Positions 1 through 11,960 are shown, counted from the first letter of the stretch. The stretch is DNA of 41,473 bases from Octopus bimaculoides (GCF_001194135.2 NC_069001.1:11727490-11768962), one strand, 5' to 3'. Made by a program: numbers and translations. Notes: generated by a model from the letters alone, not told the origin.

Positions 1-37
<37 letters not shown>
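1..37. repeat. (AT)n microsatellite
   Basis: Pure AT dinucleotide run at the window start. Confidence 0.95.
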
Positions 38-39
<2 letters not shown>

Positions 40-279
40 TTCCAGATGAGAGACAAGTATTCTCTGTATAGAACACACTTTGTAGTGCTCAAGACTTGAA
101 CCTGGGCAGGTACAGATAGACGAGTAACTGTAATAACAAGTTAGGCACATTGATATACAACAAATATTAAATACATTTTATACAAAAACTTATAAATTTA
201 CAAATAAAATTACCGTGGTTTCGAATTCATAACGGAATGCTAAGAGATTGAACAGTGCTTCAGAAAAAATTGCTTCAGA

Positions 280-510
280 GAATCACTTGAACTACTGGGA
301 GAGGCTGAAATAATTACGATTGCACAACCTGGAGCCAAGAGGGAAAAGATACGCATTGGTATGCATATGAAAGGTGCCAGAGGAGTGTGTGTGGTACAAA
401 ACTTTGAGATCTAGCGTTATGATAGTTCCCGAACTGGACGCCAATGAACAGGGCCCAAATTCCCAAGGATTTCTGTCTAGGTAACGGACCAGGTACTGCA
501 ATAGCTTGGT
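280..510 (+). mobile_element. Degenerate CR1/L2-group LINE ORF2 C-terminal fragment
   Basis: From 290 translates NYWERLK*LRLHNLEPRGKRYALVCI*K, then TGRQ and RYCNSL (491-508) across frameshifts. It matches the better-preserved copy at 10560-10950 (HWKRLKRLRLYSLARRRERH...). Confidence 0.7.
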
Positions 511-529
511 TAGAACTTCCAACACGAAA

Positions 530-905
530 TCTAGGAGAGCATTTTTTGGTCAAATTAGTGATGTTGGGGAGAGTGATGTCTTATTGAAGAAGCAAATGTG
601 TTGCAGGTGGGGCCGTTATGACTTTACATTCGGCTGAAGGTGACGTGCTACGGTTATCAGAAGCACATCCAATTTGTTTGGCCAATTCCAGAGTGGAATG
701 GCACGAATCCTGGTCGGTGAGTTGGTTCAATTGATCTTCATTGAATTGAACAGGTCTGTCTAAACGCGGGGAGCATGTGAGATCAAAAGTTTCCTCTTGT
801 GAAGCATGAAAATCATATCTGAGTAATTCTTGACGTTTCCCGGTGATAATTGTTCTTTGGAACTTCACAAAAGTAGGTGTCGAAAATGCTCGTTTGTTCA
901 ACATG
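530..905 (-). mobile_element. Mariner transposase N-terminal (HTH) fragment
   Basis: ORF 581-904 contains FDLTCSPRLDRPVQFNEDQLNQLTDQDSCHSTLELAKQIGC, resembling the mariner 'F.LED.PRSGRP...L..LI..D...T.RELA..LG' region. No catalytic domain is retained. Confidence 0.7.
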
Positions 906-2343
906 GTCTGCCGTCGTTAAATAACTGTCAACAAGTAAAAGATATTCAAATTATAAAATGATAAACAAATTTGTAGAACAAGAATAGAGCTACACAAAAA
1001 ATATAAACGAGACGAAATGCTGCGGCAAAAGAATTTTTAATATTAATTCAAATAAAATTGGAAATAAACGAACACATTTATCTGATAACACTATGCATGT
1101 ATATATATATATATGTGTGTGAGTGTGTGTGCATGTGTTTGCATGTGTGTATGTGTGTGTGCTCGCATGCGTGTGTTTGTGTGTGTGTGTGCGCGCGTGT
1201 GTGTAGATATATACTGGGAGAAAAACTGAAATAGAGAAACATATACACACACATATATATTTGTATATGCATATGCGTACATATAAGTATAAGTTTGTTT
1301 GGTGCTTGTACCAATATGTGTGCACCATATCACCTATATGTGCCCCATCCATACAGATATTTATACAGATATACATAAATACAAATGTATATATATATGT
1401 ATATATATGTATATATATATANNNNNNNNNNNNNNNNNNNNNNNNNNNNNNNNNNNNNNNNNNNNNNNNNNNNNNNNNNNNNNNNNNNNNNNNNNNNNNN
1501 NNNNNNNNNNNNNNNNNNNNNNNNNNNNNNNNNNNNNNNNNNNNNNNNNNNNNNNNNNNNNNNNNNNNNNNNNNNNNNNNNNNNNNNNNNNNNNNNNNNN
1601 NNNNNNNNNNNNNNNNNNNNNNNNNNNNNNNNNNNNNNNNNNNNNNNNNNNNNNNNNNNNNNNNNNNNNNNNNNNNNNNNNNNNNNNNNNNNNNNNNNNN
1701 NNNNNNNNNNNNNNNNNNNNNNNNNNNNNNNNNNNNNNNNNNNNNNNNNNNNNNNNNNNNNNNNNNTATATATATATATATATATATATATATCCACGCA
1801 CACATAAGCGCAGAAACACATATCTTTCATACATCTATATACACGCACTCAGGTGTATTGACTTGTCGACTGTACGTGCTCAGCAATGTAATATGGCTCC
1901 GTTACTAGCAATATCATTAAATGTTCAGATACCTGACTAGAAGTAGCACACGTAATAATATATTGAAAACCCTTCTCCAAAGTACAGTTCCGATCATGTT
2001 ATTACTTTCCACAGCAGTTAATTGCAGCAGGTCACAGCAGAATGTTCCAGAATAAACACACTCACACGCACACACAAACCCATACCGCAAACACACAAAC
2101 GCTGGCAAAGTAAAAACAAAAATAGAAATATATCCATCGCTACCCTGTAACAAACAAAATCAACCGACAAAGCAAGCTAATAATATCCATTATTAGGCGT
2201 TCGTTCTCCATTCTAGGTAGATTGACTATGAAATAACGGTACGGCAAAGAAATGAGATGATTCGTGGAAATATTACTGTAAGTTAATGATTACAGTATCA
2301 GAGCAACGATAACAATAATAAGAACGGAGACAACAAAAACGCC

Positions 2344-2430
<87 letters not shown>
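2344..2430. repeat. (AAT)n microsatellite
   Basis: Near-perfect AAT run. Confidence 0.95.
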
Positions 2431-2432
<2 letters not shown>

Positions 2433-2812
2433 TAGCAATGAGAACAAGGACTACTAGAAGCCACATGAAACAACAAACTTCAACTGATAAACTGCTGAAA
2501 TGCGTAATAATACTTGGGATTTGATGAAACTGTTAGCAAACTTTACCAAATGGAGACTGTAGGTTGTATTAAATATTAAGTTAAGTGAGTCGAGTGAACG
2601 CGCAATGGCGGATTTTCATTTCAATCTAAATTGCGCTCTATATGCCATAAGTCAAATAATCATCTTTTGTCTGAAATTACTTGCTATTCGATGTTGTGTG
2701 TGTGTGTATGCTGTAAGGTAATATTAGCTGTAATGACTATATGAAATCTAATAAACCTGAAGCAACATTACCCTCTCCCCCTCTCCTTTTCCCTCTCCAT
2801 ATATGGATGTAA

Positions 2813-2814
<2 letters not shown>

Positions 2815-2897
<83 letters not shown>

Positions 2898-2969
2898 TAT
2901 ATATGCATATATAAATATGTACATACACATGTACATATATATACATACACACACACAAACATACACACG

Positions 2970-3040
<71 letters not shown>

Positions 3041-3090
3041 ATGTGTGTGTATGTGTGTGTGTGTATACATGCGCGCACACACACATATAT
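2815..3090. repeat. Compound (TA)n/(CA)n/(TG)n microsatellite
   Basis: Directly visible dinucleotide blocks. Confidence 0.95.
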
Positions 3091-4018
3091 ATTATGTTTA
3101 TGGCAAGGGTGTCCATGTGTATGCCTGTGATTATATAAACGCGTGACAAGGAGTGTATATACGTGTGCATTACTATAGCTGTGTAAGCGTCATTCTTAAT
3201 ACTATATACATGAGTGAGTGAGCGATTGAATATATGTATATGTATATGCGTGTGTGCGTGTATGCATTTAAATATATATCCATATATATTTATATACGTA
3301 AATTATTCACACACACACACAGACACGCGCGCACACATACTCAGATGAAAGCATATCACTCGCGTGCGCATATTTTTCAGGGCACACATATACAAATATT
3401 AAAGGCCAAAATTATTTCCCCATCGTAATAAGTATCTTTACGATTAAAATGACTTTTCGATGAAGTAAATATAGTGACATTATATTTTCGAATCTGTATA
3501 TTTAGGATTTACAGAAATAAAAGACTATAACATTTTGGACTAGCGTGAGACGTCATAGCGGCCATTGTTCGTAAAATATATAAGTACAATAGCGTAAGAA
3601 TAAAAATGTATTTTTTTACTCAATGCGTATATACCATCTTAAGTTGCAAATTCAATGGAGACTATATTGTTTCACCTTACCGATTTTCAAACGATAAAAG
3701 GGTATAAACTGACAGATTCTATATTTAAGTACAAGATAAATAATATTAAAGATATTTGATAAACTATTAAACATTCATATAAAATAAAGAAAAATCTTTT
3801 GTTTGAAACACTTATTGAATTGTAGAAAATTATAGAGCTTTCAGTCATAAGATTCTAGAAACATTTTATCTCCAAATTTAGTTTGTGAAAGTAAATAATA
3901 ATAATTTTTAAAAGGGCATAGAATGAAACCGAAGACCAAACAAAATGCGGTTTCTCAGTAGTACAAATATTACAGCCCATAATGAGTTTATTGTATATGA
4001 TATGTTTATCGTATATGA

Positions 4019-4357
4019 TATGTTTACAAGGGGGAGACAAGCACCTCCAACCAGCTAAATTTGAAATCAGTGAATGCATTTCACTAGAATTATTATATGT
4101 TTACAAGAGCTTGACAGGCATCTTCGACTAGCAGGTCATTCTACTCCAGACTGATGATGAGCAAAGACTCAGAAACATGTCTCTGGATGCAGGCTTAGCT
4201 GAGTGGAGGTGCTTGTCTCCCCCTTGTAAACATAAGGACACAGAAAATGTGTCAAGGCCGACTGGAAGCGGTGCAGCTTCCTAGGTCTAACCAACATTAC
4301 TATTATTCCCTTCAGGAGACTGTCGCATGAAGTTGACAGCATACAACTGCTTCATGC
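4019..4357 (+). mobile_element. Short non-autonomous Penelope-like/retrozyme-like element (pLTR remnant) carrying a hammerhead
   Basis: Perfect 31-bp inverted repeat 4019-4049/4204-4234, a 12-bp inverted pair 4096-4107/4223-4234, an internal type I hammerhead, and three further hairpins at 4237-4357. Confidence 0.6.
4145..4187 (+). ncRNA. Minimal type I hammerhead ribozyme
   Basis: TCCAGA (stem I) CTGATGA (core, 4151-4157) TGAG-caaaga-CTCA (stem II) GAAA (4172-4175) CATG (palindromic ACATGT stem III) TC (GUC triplet, cut after 4181) TCTGGA (stem I', perfect 6 bp). Confidence 0.88.
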
Positions 4358-4512
4358 ATGTATATATANNNNNNNNNNNNNNNNNNNNNNNNNNNNNNNN
4401 NNNNNNNNNNNNNNNNNNNNNNNNNNNNNNNNNNNNNNNNNNNNNNNNNNNNNNNNNNNNNNNNNNNNNNNNNNNNATATATATATATATATTATTGTTT
4501 ATAAATATTTCT

Positions 4513-4878
4513 GGAGGTGCAGGCGTGAGTGTTTAGTAAGAAGCTTGCTTCGCACCCACAGTATTCCGGTTTCAGTCCCACTGCGATGCATCTTGGGCAA
4601 GTGCCTTCTATGATAGTCTCGGGCCGAACAATGCCATGTGAGTGAATTTCGTTGAGAGAAACTAAATGAAGCCCGTCATATGCATATCTACATGTGTTTC
4701 TGTTTGTCTTTGTGTGTGTGTGTGTGTATGTATGTGTGTGTATGACGTGACCAGTAGAATAATTACTTGGCTTTCAGAGTAAAAATCCTGCAGCCGATTT
4801 CTTCATTTAAAACCCTTTCAGGCGTTGCTCCAGTATGGCTGCAATGGTATTACTGAAACAAATTAAAGAATCAAAAGA
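4513..4878 (+). mobile_element. tRNA-derived SINE, family A (diverged)
   Basis: Shares head (ggtgcaggcgtg...ttcagtcccactgcg...cttgggcaagtg), internal TG microsatellite and tail (ctccagtatggctgca...ctgaaacaaa) with the copies at 6315 and 18803. Confidence 0.8.
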
Positions 4879-5140
4879 TAAAATATGTATATTAACATAT
4901 ACATACATGTATATATACATGTATGTATATTAACATATACATACATGTATATATACACTAGGTAAACTGATTGAAGAGTAGAACTTATATATATAACTGA
5001 ATTTATACAAGTAATTGAATACATGAGACGTACACTGTGAGTGTGCGTGTGCGTGTGCGTGTGTGTATGTGTGTACACTCGAGTGTGAGCTCGTGGTTGT
5101 GTGTGAGTGTATATGTGCGCTCGTGCGTACACAGAGCACA

Positions 5141-5250
5141 CTTCTGCACAGTTGCTGACTACCAAATTCGTTAAAAAATTTGCTGGTTGGTGTGGGGCTA
5201 GAGCAAACCTCGCGTGCAAGTCCTCACGAAGTGGCCTTGGGCTCCAAACT
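5141..5250 (-). mobile_element. Highly diverged SINE family A 5' fragment
   Basis: cttctgcacagtt...ctaccaaattc...ggggcta... is colinear with the minus-strand copies at 7866-7980 and 15713-15800. Confidence 0.45.
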
Positions 5251-6314
5251 GCCTCTTAATAACACGACTTTATTCGTACATAAGCATGAATGACAATGCA
5301 TGTCTGAATACGCAAGTGTTTGCCTGAGTGGATTGCATGTATGCGTGTATGCGTGTCCAGTTTTTCCTGAAAATATATAGATGAGAGAACAGAATCTATA
5401 TTCATCAATATTAAATGTTTATAATAAATTCTTCCAGACTTTAGAGCTAAATCTTCACGTGCTTATCTCTGTCTGCAGAAAGCAAAAGGCTATTGATACG
5501 AACGCAGTCTCTGTGTATGTACATAGGTATGTACATACAGATATTTATAATATTTACACACATATACATGCATATATATGTGTGTGTAAATATATATATA
5601 CGTATGTACATACAGATATTTATACATATTTACACACATATACATGCATATATAAGTGTGTGTAAATATATATATATANNNNNNNNNNNNNNNNNNNNNN
5701 NNNNNNNNNNNNNNNNNNNNNNNNNNNNNNNNNNNNNNNNNNNNNNNNNNNNNNNNNNNNNNNNNNNNNNNNNNNNNNNNNNNNNNNNNNNNNNNNNNNN
5801 NNNNNNNNNNNNNNNNNNNNNNNNNNNNNNNNNNNNNNNNNNNNNNNNNNNNNNNNNNNNNNNNNNNNNNNNNNNNNNNNNNNNNNNNNNNNNNNNNNNN
5901 NNNNNNNNNNNNNNNNNNNNNNNNNNNNNNNNNNNNNNNNNNNNNNNNNNNNNNNNNNNNNNNNNNNNNNNNNNNNNNNNNNNNNNNNNNNNNNNNNNNN
6001 NNNNNNNNNNNNNNNNNNNNNNNNNNNNNNNNNNNNNNNNNNNNNNNNNNNNNNNNNNNNNNNNNNNNNNNNNNNNNNNNNNNNNNNNNNNNNNNNNNNN
6101 NNNNNNNNNNNNNNNNNNNNNNNNNNNNNNNNNNNNNNNNNNNNNNNNNNNNNNNNNNNNNNNNNNNNNNNNNNNNNNNNNNNNNNNNNNNNNNNNNNNN
6201 NNNNNNNNNNNNNNNNNNNNNNNNNNNNNNNNNNNNNNNNNNNNNNNNNNNNNNNNNNNNNNNNNNNNNNNNNNNNNNNNNNTATATATATATATACGTG
6301 TGTGTGTGTGTGTG

Positions 6315-6700
6315 TAGGCGCAGGAGTGGCTGTGTTATAAGAAACTTGATTCCCAACCGCATAGGTTCAGTCACAATGTGTGGCACCTCGGACAAGTGTC
6401 TTCTACTATAGCCTCGGGCCGACCAAATTCTTGTGAGTGACTTTGATAGACGGAAACTGAAAGAAGCCCGTCACATATATATATATATGTGTATATTGTG
6501 TATTTGTGTTTGTCCCTCTACCATCGTTTGACAACCGAGGCTGGCGTGTTTACATCCCCGTAAACTAGCAGTTCGGTAAAAGGAACCAATAGAATAAGTC
6601 CTAGGCTTACAAAGAGTAAGTCCTGCGGTCGATTTCTTCGACTCAAGGCGGTACTCCACTATGGCCGCAGTCAAATTTCTGAAACAGTAAAATAAAAACA
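6315..6700 (+). mobile_element. tRNA-derived SINE, family A (near full length)
   Basis: taggcgcaggagtggctgtg...ggttcagtc...gacggaaactgaaagaagcccgtc-(TA/TG)n-...gatagaataag...ggccgcagtcaaa; colinear with 18803-19216. Confidence 0.9.
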
Positions 6701-7723
6701 ATAGCAAATACACATAAAAGACAGTACTCATACGTATATTCAACCAGACAAACATATATAGTGATATGCTCACACGAACACACACACATACACACACACA
6801 CGCACACACTCACATACACAAACATATATATATATGTCCTTATATATATATACATATACATATGTGTATGTGTATGTTTGTGTGAGTGAGTTTCTATTCG
6901 TCGTGAGTGAGTGTGTGTTTGTCTGTTTATGAGAAACTACGCAGTGGTTTTAACCTCGAGGGGGAATACAAACCGGCGAGACAAAGATCTACGTAATTTC
7001 TCAAAAAAACATCAGGTAATAATGATAATAATAATAATAACACAACAACAACAACAATAATAACGACAAGAAATACTGAAAAGTAAGTCTTCATTAAATC
7101 ACTCTGCTGTATCGAATACATACATCAGTCTGAATTATGTATAGACTTCTGTAGGGAAAACAGATGTTCAAACAGAGAAAGAAGTATTTAAGTGCAAAAT
7201 AAATTTCGCGTTTCCAACAGAACTAAAGTTGAACGCAGAGACAGATCAAAATAAAATGTCGAGAGAGAAGGAAAAGAAAATAACGATAAGATAAATAAGC
7301 TCTTTTGCGTACAAGATGAATGCATAATTATTTATGTATGTACGCCTTGACATCCAGTTTTATATTTATTATTCTTTTCCCATCATTTTTTGTTTTCAGA
7401 GAAGGATGAATGTAGCTTCTATGAAAGAAAGAAAAGCCCCAACACTGGAATATGGAGAACGACGACGAAAATAGTCACATATTGAAATTTTATATATGCG
7501 TATATATGCTGTGTATTTAGGCTGTCTTCTGTTTTCAATTATTGGTAGTCTTCCTGTAAGGAAAGTGCTGGTTTGTAACAAAGATGCAAAACTCTATCTT
7601 TCCAATGTAAATAACAGAAACAGCGTAACATTTGAATTTGACGAAAATCTTGCATATATTCATCGTTCCGCTTACAAGCCGTATTTTATATTTGCCTGTT
7701 AGGTGATATGTATGTATGTATGT

Positions 7724-8038
7724 CTTTGTAAGCCTATTACTTATTCTATCGGTCTCTCTTGCCGAACCGCTAAGTTACGGGGAGGTAAATAGACCAGCAT
7801 CGGTTGTCAATTGATGTTGGGGAGGAGAAACAAACACACACACACACACAGACACACACACATATATATACGACAGGCTTCTTTCAATTTCCGTCTACCA
7901 AATCCACTCACAAGGCTTTGGTCGGCCCGAGGCTATAGTAAAAAAAAACAATTGCCCAAGGTGCCAGGCAGTGAGACTGAACCCGGGACCATGTGATTGG
8001 TAAGCAAGATTCTTACTACACAGCCACGCCTGCGCTTA
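7724..8038 (-). mobile_element. tRNA-derived SINE, family A (3'-truncated)
   Basis: Reverse complement of the family A head and body (ccacgcctgcgctta ... ttccgtctaccaaatccactcacaaggctttggtcggcccgaggctatag). Confidence 0.9.
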
Positions 8039-10559
8039 CAGGTATTTATTTATAATATTGTATTTATTCATGTATGCATGTATGCTTTAGATTGAAGTAT
8101 GAGACGAGTACTTAATATAATAGAAATTACTGAATGAGCAAAAACAGTAATAGGCTCATAAAAGTGATTGCGTGACCCAAGGATCACATGTCGGGTATTA
8201 ATTAATAGTGTGCTCTTTACTTCCTTAACATGTTACTCATGGGTATAAGTGTATTAATATATTAATTTCTAACGTCTTGTTACATATATATGTCTCTGCA
8301 AAATCTTTATGTATATGTATATGTGTGTGTGTGTGTGTGTGTGAGTGTGTATACATATATATATATATATCTACCAGTGTCTATATATGTTTGTGTGTGT
8401 ATGTGTGTATGTTGATCTACGTCACTGTATTAAGTGTGCTTAGTGAAAACATCACTACACCGCTCAGTAATGAATTTATTTCTACTCAGCAACGCAGAAC
8501 GGAAACTAGGGAGCAGTATATTCACTGTAATGTACTCCATGTACTTTCTAAGGCTTACCTTATCAGTAACAGGAAGAGAGAGCACAATATTATATTCCGT
8601 ACAGTATTCACGTTAAAAATAATTTCAGTTATTCAAGACATAATATGCCGTATAAAAACTATTAGCTTTTATCAGCAGGATATATTTCTCTCCTATATTT
8701 TTCAATCAGTTATAGCAGCTATATTTGGTATTAGATTAAAGACAAAAACGTGATTCAAGTATTTCACAATTCCTAGAAGCAAAACGAATTCTGTTCAAGA
8801 TTCCTGGAGAAGTAGTTTTACCTACTTAATGTCAGGCGATGAAAATAAAGAAAACTGTCTACTTAGATGTTGGCGCCATAAAGCTCCAGAACGTCGGAAA
8901 TAAGAATATAAATATATGTATGATTATATATATATATATATATATNNNNNNNNNNNNNNNNNNNNNNNNNNNNNNNNNNNNNNNNNNNNNNNNNNNNNNN
9001 NNNNNNNNNNNNNNNNNNNNNNNNNNNNNNNNNNNNNNNNNNNNNNNNNNNNNNNNNNNNNNNNNNNNNNNNNNNNNNNNNNNNNNNNNNNNNNNNNNNN
9101 NNNNNNNNNNNNNNNNNNNNNNNNNNNNNNNNNNNNNNNNNNNNNNNNNNNNNNNNNNNNNNNNNNNNNNNNNNNNNNNNNNNNNNNNNNNNNNNNNNNN
9201 NNNNNNNNNNNNNNNNNNNNNNNNNNNNNNNNNNNNNNNNNNNNNNNNNNNNNNNNNNNNNNNNNNNNNNNNNNNNNNNNNNNNNNNNNNNNNNNNNNNN
9301 NNNNNNNNNNNNNNNNNNNNNNNNNNNNNNNNNNNNNNNNNNNNNNNNNNNNNNNNNNNNNNNNNNNNNNNNNNNNNNNNNNNNNNNNNNNNNNNNNNNN
9401 NNNNNNNNNNNNNNNNNNNNNNNNNNNNNNNNNNNNNNNNNNNNNNNNNNNNNNNNNNNNNNNNNNNNNNNNNNNNNNNNNNNNNNNNNNNNNNNNNNNN
9501 NNNNNNNNNNNNNNNNNNNNNATATATATATATATATAATGAATGATATTTATGTATATACATATATATACATATACATATATATATTTATTCATAGATA
9601 TATATACGTATATATATATATGAATACATACATGCATACAGAATATAATAGCGCACATACACATATATTATATACATATAATAACACACATACGCATATA
9701 TGCATAGAAGCACACACGTACATATATAATTCTGTGTGTATACAAATGTGTATACACACATATACATATTCATTTAAAGAAACACATACACACGCATACG
9801 CACAAAACACGCATATAGACATATGCATGCACACGCGTATGAGTACATATCCCTATAATCCTTTTGTCACAAAATCACTAAGCCGATCCTTTTAAGATGG
9901 CGATTTTATTTTTCCTTGTAAAATGTCTATAAAAATCGCTTAGTACTGAGTTTTCGTTTTCACACATTTATCAGCGTTTTTGTCTTCCATTTACAAGTAT
10001 TTCGCAATTAACAGTTTGTGGACTAAACGGCTCCTTTAAGAGGTACAGCTGACTGTCGAAAGCAAGTATACGTCCTGTATATATCTAATGTTTACAACTG
10101 GATATGTTAAATTTGCTTTTCTTTGTTGTTTAGCCTCAGGAAAATCCCGAAATTGCAGTACACTTCTGATGAAAAAGCATTCTTTATATATATACGTATA
10201 TATGTATGTATGTATATATGTATGTATGTATATATGCATAGATACGCATGCATGCTACTTCTTTTAGTTCTTCGAAAACGCACGTTTTCTGTTTTCCTTT
10301 TCATGTTTTCGTTTCTCATTGTGTTTAACGTTTTTTGTTTTTTGTCCTGTACCCATATATGCATGTATGTATACATATAGATGTAGGTATGTACATATAT
10401 GTATGGATATATGCATATATCTATATATTATTATATTATTATATGATCGAACGCAACGCCTGATGATTACAGCGATCACTCTTTCCTAAGAGTTTCTGAT
10501 GTGATAAATCGTGGACTCAACAGATATATCACTTCCATTTTAACCATAGCAGAAATTGC

Positions 10560-10950
10560 CATTAGAACGCACACGTCTGCTTGCGAACCTCCTATTATAC
10601 TAATGTACCAATTAAAACAAATAACAGTAATAAATGTAGTGAAATTGAAGAGTGATATCGAAAAGCTGTGGGCCTTGAAGATCCAGGCTATTGCCCTAAC
10701 TTAACCAAAATTTGGATGGCATAGTCGGAATCTTTGACAAGATTCAGTGGTACCTTCTTCTAGCGTTAGTGTAACTCTCAGTGCCGAAGTTTGGGACAAG
10801 TCCCACCAGGTTCTTCCAGATGTATATTACGTCATGTCTTTCACGTCTACGCGCCAGAGAATAGAGTCTCAATCTCTTGAGTCTTTTCCAGTGTCTTATA
10901 TCCTGCATTGCCTTCTTCGTGTAGGCTTGTTGGATTGCTTCAAATTCTTT
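10560..10950 (-). mobile_element. CR1/L2-group LINE ORF2 3' fragment
   Basis: Translates EFEAIQQAYTKK...HWKRLKRLRLYSLARRRERHDVIYIWKNLVGLVPNFG, then NSLDLQGPQLF. This matches the CR1/L2 C-terminal 'RL..L.LYSLERRR.R.D.I...K' signature. Confidence 0.8.
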
Positions 10951-11302
10951 AATTATATATATATACACATATATATAAATGTATATACATGTGTGTGTGT
11001 GTNNNNNNNNNNNNNNNNNNNNNNNNNNNNNNNNNNNNNNNNNNNNNNNNNNNNNNNNNNNNNNNNNNNNNNNNNNNNNNNNNNNNNNNNNNNNNNNNNN
11101 NNNNNNNNNNNNNNNNNNNNNNNNNNNNNNNNNNNNNNNNNNNNNNNNNNNNNNNNNNNNNNNNNNNNNNNNNNNNNNATATATATACGCACACACACAT
11201 GCCCATATACATATATATATATCTGTATATATGTGTATATTTATATATATATACACATATACACATATATATAAATGTATATACATGTGTGTGTGTGTGT
11301 GT

Positions 11303-11347
<45 letters not shown>

Positions 11348-11771
11348 AGTGTGTGTATACACGTGCTTTTTGTTTGCTTTGATTTTGTTAGCTACATTTC
11401 TACTTATATCCACTTCAGATTAAAGGAATCCGCTTTGATTTCTTAAGTTACATCGCTTCTTCTAAAACGGTGTAACCATTCTGCTGTGAAATATTCTAAA
11501 ATGTAACTTCATTTGCAGAGACAGGATAACGATAAATGACTAAGAAAAGAAAAGAAAAAAACAAGAAGAAAAGAAAATTAAAGAAAAAATTATTGTATAA
11601 GACAAAATGAAAGACAGCGAAGATAAAACGGTTGTAAAAGAAAGTATCACGTCGTCGTCATCATCATCATCATCATCATCATCATCGTCATCATCAATAT
11701 TATCGTTGAACACATCATCATTCCCATCATCAAATCAACAACAATCTCACATCTATCACCATATATAAAAT

Positions 11772-11945
11772 TATAAGGTTTGGTTCAAAAGTCCATAGGT
11801 TGAAAAAGATACTCTCACGGAATGTTATCACATGAGGTTAATACTCTTCTTCCATCGGTGTTGCAGCGCTTGAATCCCATTGGTTAAGAAGCTTCCATGC
11901 TGCTGAACAAAATTGCCTTCGACATCAGATGTCCTTCTCACTACG
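11772..11945 (-). mobile_element. Mariner 3' end (transposase C-terminus plus TIR remnant)
   Basis: Minus strand at 11846-11890 reads FLTNGIQALQHRWKK, similar to the mariner C-terminal 'GI..L..RW.KCV'. It ends in a TA-preceded TIR-like sequence at 11772. Confidence 0.6.
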
Positions 11946-11960
11946 ACATGATCTCAGTTT

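Noticed and set aside
5503-5678. Roughly 75-bp tandem duplication (similar cases at 4885-4955, 10960/11262 and 17590-17700)
   Set aside because: Higher-order repeats of degenerate TA/CA microsatellite beside gaps; ordinary slippage or assembly overlap.
10132-10180. Permuted hammerhead (GAAA-ttgcag-TA...CTGATGA)
   Set aside because: The linker between UH and CTGATGA is 5 nt and cannot form stem I, and no stem II partner exists. GAAA(12357)...CTGATGA(12377) has the same problem.
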